NCBI GenBank assembly: GCA_965199855.1
Contig: OZ241326.1
Span: 1,952,001 to 2,016,000 of the forward strand
Direction of reading: 5' to 3'
DNA length: 64,000 nt
From: a bacterium
GTDB taxonomy: Bacteria; UBA8248
The notes beneath the pieces are model-generated. The model was not told the DNA's origin and did not search any database. It saw only the letters and a program-made list of their open reading frames with translations. Position numbers and translations under genes: made by a program. Shown here piece by piece: positions 10,673 through 20,388 of the stretch (positions within the stretch are counted from its first letter, which is position 1; each line of letters begins with the position of its first letter).

Positions 10673-11746
10673 ATGCCGGACACCCCCCTTCTCGCCCTGC
10701 ATCAGGCGGCCGAAGCCCGCTTTACGGAAGAGGCCGGGTGGCGAATCCCCGCGACGTTCGGCAGCGCGGCGTCCGAGCATCTCTCATGCAGGGAAAGCGC
10801 CGCCGCAATCGACCTCTCGCATCGGGGCAGTCTCCGCTTCGACGGCCCGGACGCGAAAGAATTCCTCCACCGAATGCTCTCAAGCCGGGTAAGGGAGCTG
10901 AAGCCCGGCGAAGGCGCATACAATGCCTTTCTCACCCGCCAGGGGAAATTCATATCCGATCTGTATCTCTATAGGCACGAAGACTTTTTCACCGCCACGG
11001 TGGCTCCGGGAATGGCGGGGGTTTTCGTCGATGAGATCAGCAAATTCATCATTATGGATCAGGTGGAAGCGGCGAACGAGACGGAAGGCTCGTTCCGCAT
11101 CGGGCTTTTCGGGCCGGAGTCCCGAAAAATCATCGAGCGCGCGCGCGGCGTCGAGCCTTCGCTGGAGGAGCACGGCCACTCGACCTGCGGCGACGCGGCG
11201 ATAGCGCGCGAATTGTGGACGGGAGAAGACGGCTATCTGCTCACGGGCCCTCGCGCGGAGGCTGAAGCGGTCTGGCAGTCCCTGCTGGACGCGGGCGCGA
11301 ACCGGGCGGGCGTCGCCGCGTTCGAGTCGCTCACCCTGGAGGCCGGCGTCCCGCTGTTCGGCAAGGACATGACGTCGGCGGTCAATCCCATGCAGGCGGG
11401 GCTGGAGAAAAAGGCCATCGACTTTGAAAAGGGCTGCTACATCGGCCAGGAGGTCATCGCCAAGATCAAGTATCTGGGCCAGGTGAACCGCGGGCTCGTC
11501 AGACTCAGAATCAACGGGGAAATCGCCCCCGCGCGAGGGGCGGACGTGCGTTTCGACGGACAAGGCGTCGGCTCGATCGCCCGCTCCGCATACTGCCCGA
11601 CGGTCGGCGGGATTCTGGCTTTTTCCTACCTGCCCCGCGCCCACATGGAGCCGGGCGTCCGCGTCGAAGTGGACTGCGAGGGGAGCGCCGCGGAGGCGGC
11701 GGTCGATGGCCTCCCCTTCTCCCGTCTCGCCGGCTCCGCCGCTTGA
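10673..11746 (+). CDS. GcvT-family aminomethyltransferase / YgfZ-like folate-binding protein
   Basis: TPLLALH N-terminus, DLSHRG, KGCYIGQE (YgfZ signature). Confidence 0.88.
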   Translation: MPDTPLLALHQAAEARFTEEAGWRIPATFGSAASEHLSCRESAAAIDLSHRGSLRFDGPDAKEFLHRMLSSRVRELKPGEGAYNAFLTRQGKFISDLYLYRHEDFFTATVAPGMAGVFVDEISKFIIMDQVEAANETEGSFRIGLFGPESRKIIERARGVEPSLEEHGHSTCGDAAIARELWTGEDGYLLTGPRAEAEAVWQSLLDAGANRAGVAAFESLTLEAGVPLFGKDMTSAVNPMQAGLEKKAIDFEKGCYIGQEVIAKIKYLGQVNRGLVRLRINGEIAPARGADVRFDGQGVGSIARSAYCPTVGGILAFSYLPRAHMEPGVRVEVDCEGSAAEAAVDGLPFSRLAGSAA

Positions 11747-11994
11747 GAAGCGCGGGCGGTTCGACGCGCGCGGAGAGTTCGCACGGCGAGCGAGTCGAGA
11801 AACCAGCCCCCGACGGCCGGTCTCCGGCCGGCCGCCGCGCCGGCTCCCCTTCCGGCTTTTGACTTCTTTCATGCCGCAAGGCATATTGCGCCTTCTCCAT
11901 GCGGACTCATGGAGCCCGGAAATTCAGGAGAGCGTCTCGCGCGGGAGAAACTTCCTTTCGCCCTGAAACTTTCGATTCCCGGAGGAAGCGGCGC

Positions 11995-13629
<1,635 letters not shown>

Positions 13630-13680
13630 AAGCTCCGTCTCCGCGGTTCGGGGACGCATCTCACGAAGGGAGGACATCCG

Positions 13681-13866
13681 ATGCCTGTCGTTCACGTAAG
13701 CCTGCTGGAGGGAAGGTCGAAGGAGCAGAAAAGCGCGATGGCCGATGAGATTACGGAGACGGTGCACAAGCACTCGGGCGCCCCGAAGGAAGTCGTCACC
13801 GTCATATTCAGCGACGTCGCGAAGGATTCCTGGGCGGCGGGCGGAACGCTCTACGCGGACAGGTAA
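13681..13866 (+). CDS. 4-oxalocrotonate tautomerase family protein
   Basis: 61 aa, catalytic Pro1 (MPVVHV), GRSKEQK, WAAGG. Confidence 0.9.
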   Translation: MPVVHVSLLEGRSKEQKSAMADEITETVHKHSGAPKEVVTVIFSDVAKDSWAAGGTLYADR

Positions 13867-13895
13867 TCCCGTCCATTCCCGCGAGGAGGAGCCAG

Positions 13896-14753
13896 ATGAG
13901 CGCCGACAACTTCCGGCTCGCGCTGGTGCAGCCGATGGGGCACCGCCCGCCGGATGACGAGAAGAACGTGGCCGACGCCGTCCGCCACGTGGAGGACGCC
14001 GCCGCGCGCGGGGCCGACTTCGTGGCCTTTCCCGAGTCGTATCCCGGCCCCTGGCGGATGCCCGCCTCCTTCGACCCCACGGAGGCCATGGAGGAAGCCG
14101 CCCGCCGCTGCGGCGTCTACGTCCAGTATGGAACCCTCGAGCCCCTCGACGACGAGAAGCGCACGGCGCACAACCTGCTGAACCTCGCCCGGCCCGCGGG
14201 CGGGGCGCCGGGACGCTACCGCAGAACCCATCCCCCCGGCCCCTGGATATACACCGGCGGCGGAACGTGGGAGTTTCAATACGTGGCCGGCGACGACTAC
14301 CCCGTCTTCGAGACCCGGCACGGGCAGGTCGGCATGGCGATGTGCAGCGAGGTCTATATGCCCGAGGTGACGCGCGCCCTCTCGCTCCGGGGCGCCGAGA
14401 TCATCTTCCTGCCCGCCGGCGTGGACAAGAAGAAGCTCTGGGGCACCTGGCGGAACCTCATCTGGTCGCGCGCGATAGAGAATCTGGCGATCGTCATCAC
14501 CACCCAGAATCTTTTTTCCGGGAGCGACCGGGGGCTGGCGATGGTGGCCACGCCCGAGGAAGTCGTCTTCGAGAGCACGCGCGCCGGGACGTTCCTCGTG
14601 GACGTGGATCTGGAGCGCGTCCGCGACCTGCGCGCGCAGAGGGACGAGGTGGCCTCATCGGGCGAGAACGGGGCGAAGGCGGGCGTCCTGAGCCAGTGGC
14701 AGAGGCCGGAGCTGTACGACAAATTCTTCCCCCGGGAGGGGGCGGCGGGCTGA
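13896..14753 (+). CDS. Carbon-nitrogen hydrolase (nitrilase superfamily)
   Basis: FPE, YRRTH, MCSE nucleophile motif, RAIEN. Confidence 0.88.
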   Translation: MSADNFRLALVQPMGHRPPDDEKNVADAVRHVEDAAARGADFVAFPESYPGPWRMPASFDPTEAMEEAARRCGVYVQYGTLEPLDDEKRTAHNLLNLARPAGGAPGRYRRTHPPGPWIYTGGGTWEFQYVAGDDYPVFETRHGQVGMAMCSEVYMPEVTRALSLRGAEIIFLPAGVDKKKLWGTWRNLIWSRAIENLAIVITTQNLFSGSDRGLAMVATPEEVVFESTRAGTFLVDVDLERVRDLRAQRDEVASSGENGAKAGVLSQWQRPELYDKFFPREGAAG

Positions 14754-14766
14754 CGCCTCGGGCGAC

Positions 14767-15270
14767 ATGTCGAAGGGCGACTTCTGGCTTCTCTACGCGC
14801 ACCTCCTGGCGGCCTGCCTCTACGAGGGCGCGCTCGTCTTCTTCTGGCTGCTGATGCGCCACCTCCGCCGCCGGCTCCCGCCCGCCGAGTTCGCCGGCGA
14901 GGTCGCATCCATCCTGCGCTTCTACCACCCCTTCGTTCTCGCGTGCATGGGCGTCCTCATCATGACGGGCGCCTGGTATCTCACCAGCCTGAAAATGGCG
15001 ATGGGCCCCGCCTTCGGCAGGCTCTTCGTCCCCCTGGGCCTCAAGCTGCTCGCGGTCTTTTTGATGATGATGGGCATCAGCTTCCAGTTCTTCGCCGTGG
15101 GCCTGAGGCTCACCCGGGGAACCGGCCCCGCCGGGAACGGCCGCCCCCCGGACGCGGCGACCGACGAGCGCGTCAGACTCCTCCGCACCCTCGAGCGCGC
15201 CAACCTGGCGAACGCCGTCCTCGCCCTGTTCGCCATCTTCTTCGGCCTCGCCCTGAACAAGGGGTTTTAG
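14767..15270 (+). CDS. Hypothetical membrane protein (CopD-like, 4 TM)
   Basis: Four hydrophobic helices, HLLAA motif, follows the nitrilase gene closely. Confidence 0.55.
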   Translation: MSKGDFWLLYAHLLAACLYEGALVFFWLLMRHLRRRLPPAEFAGEVASILRFYHPFVLACMGVLIMTGAWYLTSLKMAMGPAFGRLFVPLGLKLLAVFLMMMGISFQFFAVGLRLTRGTGPAGNGRPPDAATDERVRLLRTLERANLANAVLALFAIFFGLALNKGF

Positions 15271-15302
15271 GCGAGACGCGCGCGCCATCGCCCGACCCGC
15301 AA

Positions 15303-15930
15303 CGGGGCGCATGAATGCGCCCCCTACGGCGATGAACGCGGGTTTCATGGTTTCGTAGGTGAAACGCGAGAGGGTTTCCATATATGCGTCTCGCGCCGCT
15401 TTCCATCAATGGCGACGCGGGCGGTTCGGGAACCGCCCGTTTGGGCGGGAAGACAATCAAAACCCTGGATTCCGGCCTTCGCCGGAATGACGGCGAAAGG
15501 CCAACCCCGGCGTCCCTTTGATCCGGCAGGGAACAACATCGAGACGGCGGCGAGGATTTCCCCTCCGCCGCGCGCCGCCCCGGAATCCCGTCATTCCGGC
15601 GAAGGCCGGAATCCGGAACCGGGGCGCGCGGCGGCAAACGGGCGTTCACGGCCAATCCATGCGCGGGTTCCGTCCCCGACGGCCAGGGACAGGTCGCGAT
15701 CCGTCCCTACGGAACGTTCGCGCGTCGGCGGGCCGGGAATATGGCGCGAAGGACAACCACAGGGGGTTGTCCCTACGATTCGCGCCGCGCCATCGCCGGG
15801 CCCGCAAACGGGGCGCATGAATGCGTGGGAAGCGCCCCTCGGCGCTCACCTACGGACGGGTGGTGGTTTCCTTCGTAGGGGACGCATATATGCGTCCCGC
15901 GCCGCTTTCCATCAATGGCAACGCGGGCGG
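15303..15930. repeat. Intergenic mosaic array 1 of GTAG-type and CGTC-type palindromic (REP-like) repeats
   Basis: GGGGCGCATGAATGCGCCCCCTAC, GGGCGGTTCGGGAACCGCCC, two inverted CGTCATTCCGGCGAAGGCCGGAATCC, GGGACAGGTCGCGATCCGTCCCTAC and GGACAACCACAGGGGGTTGTCCCTAC between convergent genes. Confidence 0.9.
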
Positions 15931-15950
15931 GGCGGCAACGCGCGCCCGCG

Positions 15951-16667
15951 TCATTCAAGGGGCGGCCAGATGCGGCTTCCGACCAGGGGGGAGCCCGGCG
16001 GATGAACGAGATAGCCGTGAACGCGCCGCGTCCATTCCGTCTCCTCGAGCGCGACGTAATGCGCCTCGCGCGCGGCGAGGGAGGAGAACTCATACAGGAC
16101 GGCGTGCCGGGGCGCGCCCGTCGCCGCGAGATACTTTCGCGCCCCCACGCAGCCGGGGGTTCGCGCGACGCCCGCCATGCGCTCCTGGGCGTACCACGCC
16201 TGCAGATCCTCATCGCGCCCGCCCGCGTCGTAGCGCCCCATCTGCATCGCGGGCGCCGGAACGCCGGGCGCCTCGCGCGCGCCGGCCTCGGGGCCCTCCG
16301 CCCGCCACTCCTCGCAGAGAACCAGCCCGCGCGCGCGAATCCGCGCGTCCGCCATCCGGCGCGTCTCGGCGCTCTGGCGCTCCCGGAGCTGCGCGGGCGA
16401 GGGATCGTAGAACGCCCGCGTGGTCTCGCCCCCGAAGAGGGCGACGAAGCCCGTCCCCGAGGCGAGGGCGGGATCGTCCGAGCGGCGAAGGCGCGCCGCG
16501 ATCCTCTCGAAGCGCGCCCCGGGGGGCTTCGCCTCGTAGTGCGCCGCCCACACGTAGCCCGGGCGCGCGAGCTTCTCCGGGATGTGAACCTCGTGAAACC
16601 ACGCCAGGTATTCCTCGCGGCCCTCCTCGGGCAGATCGTAGAAAATCGCCCACACCGCCCTGTCCAT
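15951..16667 (-). CDS. Tandem dimeric alpha/beta-barrel protein (EthD/DUF4286-like)
   Basis: Internal duplication: EYLAWFHEVHIPEKLARPGY..A.HY and DLQAWYAQERMAGVARTPGC..ARKY. Confidence 0.65.
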   Translation of the reverse strand: MDRAVWAIFYDLPEEGREEYLAWFHEVHIPEKLARPGYVWAAHYEAKPPGARFERIAARLRRSDDPALASGTGFVALFGGETTRAFYDPSPAQLRERQSAETRRMADARIRARGLVLCEEWRAEGPEAGAREAPGVPAPAMQMGRYDAGGRDEDLQAWYAQERMAGVARTPGCVGARKYLAATGAPRHAVLYEFSSLAAREAHYVALEETEWTRRVHGYLVHPPGSPLVGSRIWPPLE

Positions 16668-16801
16668 GCCTCGCCTCCATTCAGGAAAACGTCCGGGAAA
16701 GTGTCCCGCGTCGGGAAGCGCATTCTTTCCGATTCATTGTATGATGGGCGCCTCGGAAGGGCTATCGCCCCGGTTTTTCGCGCGCCACGCGGGGAGTTTC
16801 C

Positions 16802-17431
16802 ATGATTTACGAAGTCCGCGCCTACACGTTCACCGCGGGCGCCGCCGCGGAGGCCGTGGAGGATTTTGGAAGAATCGTCGAGAGGCGCGCCGCCATCTCC
16901 CCCCTGGTCGGCTTTTTTCTCTGCGCCGTCGGGCGGCTGAACCGCATCCTCCACGTCTGGGAATACGAGAACTGCGCCCACCGGGAGGAGGCGCGCGCGG
17001 AAGCCCTCGCCCGGAGCTGGTGGCCGCCCCTCCGGGTGGAGAAGATCCTCCACCAGCGGACGAGGCTCATGCGCCCCGCCCCGTTTCGCCCCCGGCCGCT
17101 CACGGGGGAGATGGGAAGCGTCTATGAAATCCGTAGCGACGTCCTCCTCACGGGGAAAATGGGCGCCCTCCGCGAGGCGTGGGAGCGGAACCTGCCGGCG
17201 CGGGAGCACCTCTCGCCCCTGGCGGCGGCCTTCTCGAACGAGGCGGGGGCGTTCGAGTCCGGCGTCCTGAACGAGTTTCTGCACGTCTGGCCCTACCGGG
17301 ACGTGAGCCATTGGGCGGAGGTTCAGCGAGAGGTCGAAAGCCTGCCCGGCTGGACGGAGGGCTATCGCCCCTTCCTCAGAAGCGAGACCTCCGAGCTCTG
17401 GCGGCCCGCCCCCTATTCGCCCATGCGCTAG
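16802..17431 (+). CDS. NIPSNAP family protein (two domains)
   Basis: MIYEVRAY, GRLNRILHVWEY, VYEIRS, LNEFLHVWPY, PAPYSPMR C-terminus. Confidence 0.9.
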   Translation: MIYEVRAYTFTAGAAAEAVEDFGRIVERRAAISPLVGFFLCAVGRLNRILHVWEYENCAHREEARAEALARSWWPPLRVEKILHQRTRLMRPAPFRPRPLTGEMGSVYEIRSDVLLTGKMGALREAWERNLPAREHLSPLAAAFSNEAGAFESGVLNEFLHVWPYRDVSHWAEVQREVESLPGWTEGYRPFLRSETSELWRPAPYSPMR

Positions 17432-17481
17432 CGGAGGGCGGACGCGCTTCTCGTTCCGGTCGGGACGCGCGGCGGACGATT

Positions 17482-17518
17482 AAAAGAAGGCAGACCGTTC
17501 CGGCCAGCGCCGGAACGG
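17482..17518 (-). terminator. Putative intrinsic terminator downstream of tRNA-Gly
   Basis: 10-bp stem CCGTTCCGGC/GCCGGAACGG (17495-17518) followed on the minus strand by TCTGCCTTCTTTT. Confidence 0.55.
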
Positions 17519-17534
17519 CCCCGAATCGGCATGA

Positions 17535-17609
17535 TGGAGCGGGAAACGGGATTTGAACCCGCGACCCCAACGTTGGCAACGTTGTGCTCTACCACTGAGC
17601 TATTCCCGC
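17535..17609 (-). tRNA. tRNA-Gly (GCC)
   Basis: Reverse complement GCGGGAATAGCTCAGTGGTAGAGCACAACGTTGCCAACGTTGGGGTCGCGGGTTCAAATCCCGTTTCCCGCTCCA folds into a cloverleaf with anticodon GCC and an encoded CCA. Confidence 0.98.
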
Positions 17610-17622
17610 GCGTCGCCCTTGA

Positions 17623-17651
17623 AGGATGACCCAGCCGCCGCCGCGAGTCAA
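17623..17651 (-). promoter_or_regulatory. Sigma70-type promoter of tRNA-Gly
   Basis: TTGACT-17 nt-CATCCT on the minus strand just upstream of the tRNA. Confidence 0.6.
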
Positions 17652-17704
17652 GAGGCGATCCCCGACCCGCCCGCGTTTTTCGCTTTCGCGTCCGGCGCGG
17701 GGCG

Positions 17705-17713
17705 TGGTATGCT
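17705..17713 (+). promoter_or_regulatory. Extended -10 (TGnTATGCT) of the DUF1640 cassette; copies at 18595-18603 and 19284-19292
   Basis: The same upstream block with TGGTATGCT and SD GGAGAGGAGG precedes each of the three paralogs. Confidence 0.6.
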
Positions 17714-17749
17714 TTCCTCGCGTGAAAGCTTTCGGAGAGGAGGCGGGCG

Positions 17750-18238
17750 ATGATCGGCTTCGACACGCTCCGGGCGATGGAGTCGCTCCGGGATTCGGGC
17801 TTCGAGGAGTCCCAGGCGCGCGCGGTCGTGGATACCTTCAAGGACGCCGTCGCCGGCAGCGTCGCCACGAAGGCCGACCTCCAGGAGGTCAAGGCCGAGC
17901 TCCAGGCCGAGATCCAGGAGGTGAGGACGGGGCTCCAGGCCGAGATTCAGGAGGTGAAGACGGGCCTCCAGGCCGAGATTCAGGAGGTGAGGGCCGAGAT
18001 TCAGGGAGTCAAAACCGAGCTCCAGGCCGAGATTCAGGAGGTGAGGACGGGGCTGGAAGCGTCCATCGCGAGTCTTCGGGGCGAGGTGGAGGCCTCCATC
18101 GCGAGTCTTCGGGGCGAGGTGGAGACCTCCATCGCGCGGCTCGAGGCGCGGACGCAAAGGTTCATGTTCGGCATGGCGCTGGGGATCGTGGGGCTGAACG
18201 TCACCCTCACCTTCGGCCTCCTCAAGTTCTTCTTCTAA
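17750..18238 (+). CDS. DUF1640/CCDC90-like (mempromCC) coiled-coil membrane-anchored protein, copy 1 (162 aa)
   Basis: FDT..L...GF.E.QA head, ATKADL neck, LQAEIQEV.. repeat stalk, C-terminal TM helix. Confidence 0.88.
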   Translation: MIGFDTLRAMESLRDSGFEESQARAVVDTFKDAVAGSVATKADLQEVKAELQAEIQEVRTGLQAEIQEVKTGLQAEIQEVRAEIQGVKTELQAEIQEVRTGLEASIASLRGEVEASIASLRGEVETSIARLEARTQRFMFGMALGIVGLNVTLTFGLLKFFF

Positions 18239-18249
18239 TCCTTCCCCGA

Positions 18250-18535
18250 AACGGGCGGTTCACGAACCGCCCCTACGAAGGCGAAACCCCGAAACGGGCG
18301 GTTCCCGAATTGCGGGGCGGGCCCGAGGAGGGGCCGCCCCTACGAAATCATAAATCCCGCGTCCATCCCCGATCGGCGGGCCGCCCCTGCGAAAACATGA
18401 AACCCTCGCCGCAGGGGTCGTTCGGGAACGACCCGCAATCAACGCCGCCAAAAGGCGCGGGACGCATGAATGCGTCCCCTACGGGTGAATCACGCCCTCC
18501 GCCCCCGTAGGGACAACCCCCGTGGTTGTCCTTCA
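18250..18535. repeat. REP-like mosaic array 2
   Basis: Successive GTAG/GCAG-footed palindromes between copies 1 and 2. Confidence 0.88.
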
Positions 18536-18639
18536 CCGGGTTATCATTCCGCCGGGGGCATCCTCTTTTTCGCTTTCGCGTCCGGCGCGGGGCGTGGTAT
18601 GCTTTCCTCGCGTGAAAGCTTTCGGAGAGGAGGCGGGCG

Positions 18640-18975
18640 ATGATCGGCTTCGACACGCTCCGGGCGATGGAGTCGCTCCGGGATTCGGGCTTCGAGGAGT
18701 CCCAGGCGCGGGCGGTCGTGGATACCTTCAAGGACGCCGTCGCCGGCAGCGTCGCCACGAAAGCCGACCTCCAGGAGGTCAAGGGCGAGCTCCAGGCCGA
18801 GATGCAGGAGGTGAGGACGGGTCTGGAGGCGTCCATAGCGAGTCTTCGGGGCGAGGTGGAGACCTCCATCGCGCGGCTCGAGGCGCGGGCGCAAAGGTTC
18901 ATGTTCGGCATGGCGCTGGGGATCGTGGGGCTGAACGTCACCCTCACCTTCGGCCTCCTCAAGTTCTTCTTCTAG
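18640..18975 (+). CDS. DUF1640/CCDC90-like protein, copy 2 (111 aa)
   Basis: Near-identical to copy 1, with the shortest stalk. Confidence 0.88.
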   Translation: MIGFDTLRAMESLRDSGFEESQARAVVDTFKDAVAGSVATKADLQEVKGELQAEMQEVRTGLEASIASLRGEVETSIARLEARAQRFMFGMALGIVGLNVTLTFGLLKFFF

Positions 18976-18985
18976 CCTTCCCCCA

Positions 18986-19222
18986 AAACGGGCGGTTCTC
19001 GAACCGCCCCTACGAAGGCGAAACCCCGAAACGGGCGGTTCCCGAATTGCGGGGCGGGCCCGAGGAGGGGCCGCCCCTGCGAAAACATGAAACCCTCGCC
19101 GCAGGGGTCGTTCGGGAACGACCCGCAATCAACGCCGCCAAAAGGCGCTGGACGCATGAATGCGTCCCCTACGGGTGAATCACGCCCTCCGCCCCCGCAG
19201 GGACAACCCCCGTGGCTGTCCG
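18986..19222. repeat. REP-like mosaic array 3
   Basis: Same order of palindromes as array 2, minus one roughly 47-bp module. Confidence 0.88.
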
Positions 19223-19327
19223 CGCCGCATCCGCATTCCGCGCGGGGCGTCCTCTTTTTCGCTTTCGCGTCCCGCGCGGGGCGTGGTATGCTTCTCTCGC
19301 GTGAAAGCTTCGGAGAGGAGGCGGGCG

Positions 19328-19717
19328 ATGATCGGCTTCGACACGCTCCGGGCGATGGAGTCGCTCCGGGATTCGGGCTTCGAGGAGTCCCAGGCGCGCG
19401 CGGTCGTGGATACCTTCAAGGACGCCGTCGCCGGCAACGTCGCCACGAAAGCCGACCTCCAGGAGGTCAAGGCCGAACTCCAGGCCGAGATCCAGGAGGT
19501 GAGGGCCGAGATACAGGGAGTCAAAACCGAGCTCCAGGCCGAGATTCAGGAGGTGAGGACGGGGCTGGAGGCGTCCATCGCGGGGCTTCGGGGCGAGGTG
19601 GAGACCTCCATCGCGCGGCTCGAGGCGCGGACGCAAAGGTTCATGTTCGGCATGGCGCTGGGGATCGTGGGGCTGAACGTCACCCTCACCTTCGGCCTCC
19701 TCAAGTTCTTCCTCTAG
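19328..19717 (+). CDS. DUF1640/CCDC90-like protein, copy 3 (129 aa)
   Basis: ATG 19328 after GGAGAGGAGG; intermediate stalk length. Confidence 0.88.
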   Translation: MIGFDTLRAMESLRDSGFEESQARAVVDTFKDAVAGNVATKADLQEVKAELQAEIQEVRAEIQGVKTELQAEIQEVRTGLEASIAGLRGEVETSIARLEARTQRFMFGMALGIVGLNVTLTFGLLKFFL

Positions 19718-19728
19718 CCTCCCCAATA

Positions 19729-20185
19729 TGGGCGGTTCCCGAACCGCCCCTACGAAGGCGAAACCCCGAAACGGGCGGTTCCCGAATTGCGGGGCGAGCC
19801 CGAGGAGGGGCCGCCCCTACGAAATCACAAACCCCGGCGTTCACCGTCGTAGGGGGCATCCCCCGCCGTCATTCCGGCGAAGGCCGGAATCCAGGGTTTG
19901 ATTGTCTTCCCGTCAAAACGGGCGGCCCGTCGTCGTCATCCATAGACAACCCACCCCGTAGGGGCGGTTCGCGAACCGCCCGCGTCGCCATTGATGGAAA
20001 ACGGCGCGGGACGCATGAATGCGTCCCCTACAAAGGCGAGGGCGGCGACGGTTTCGTAGGGGGCGCGAACGTTCCGTAGGGACAGGTCGCGACCTGTCCC
20101 TGCGCGGCGGGGCGGAACCCGATCGGCGGGCGGTCATCGCAACGGGCGGCTCGCGAGCCGCCCCTACGAAACCATGAAACCCGCA
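19729..20185. repeat. REP-like mosaic array 4 (upstream of autotransporter 1)
   Basis: GTAG-type palindromes (for example 19958-19981 and 20076-20100) and a CGTC palindrome near 19867-19892. Confidence 0.88.
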
Positions 20186-20238
20186 TCCCCGCCGTGAATC
20201 CCCCCCGCGCGGAAACATGAATCCCTCTCCCGCGGCGG

Positions 20239-20319
20239 TTGACGCGCGGCGGCGGGTTTTGATATAGGGAGACCCATGGGTTTGGCGATTCGGCGTCCCC
20301 TCCCCATCGGGGGGGGGGG
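20239..20319 (+). promoter_or_regulatory. Putative promoter of autotransporter 1 with a G11 tract in the leader
   Basis: TTGACG (20239), TGaTATAGG (20260-20268), poly-G 20309-20319 able to pair with CCCCTCCCC; AAGGAG SD before ATG 20389. Confidence 0.5.
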
Positions 20320-20388
20320 CTTCCCGCGTTACGCGGATATTTGAAGCGGAAACGACCGCTCCGACTTTCCTGACAAGGAGAAAAACTG

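Noticed and set aside
17535-17609. tRNA-Gly as the attachment site of an integrative island
   Set aside because: No duplicated tRNA 3' end and no integrase found by eye; the cassettes lie on the 5' side of the tRNA
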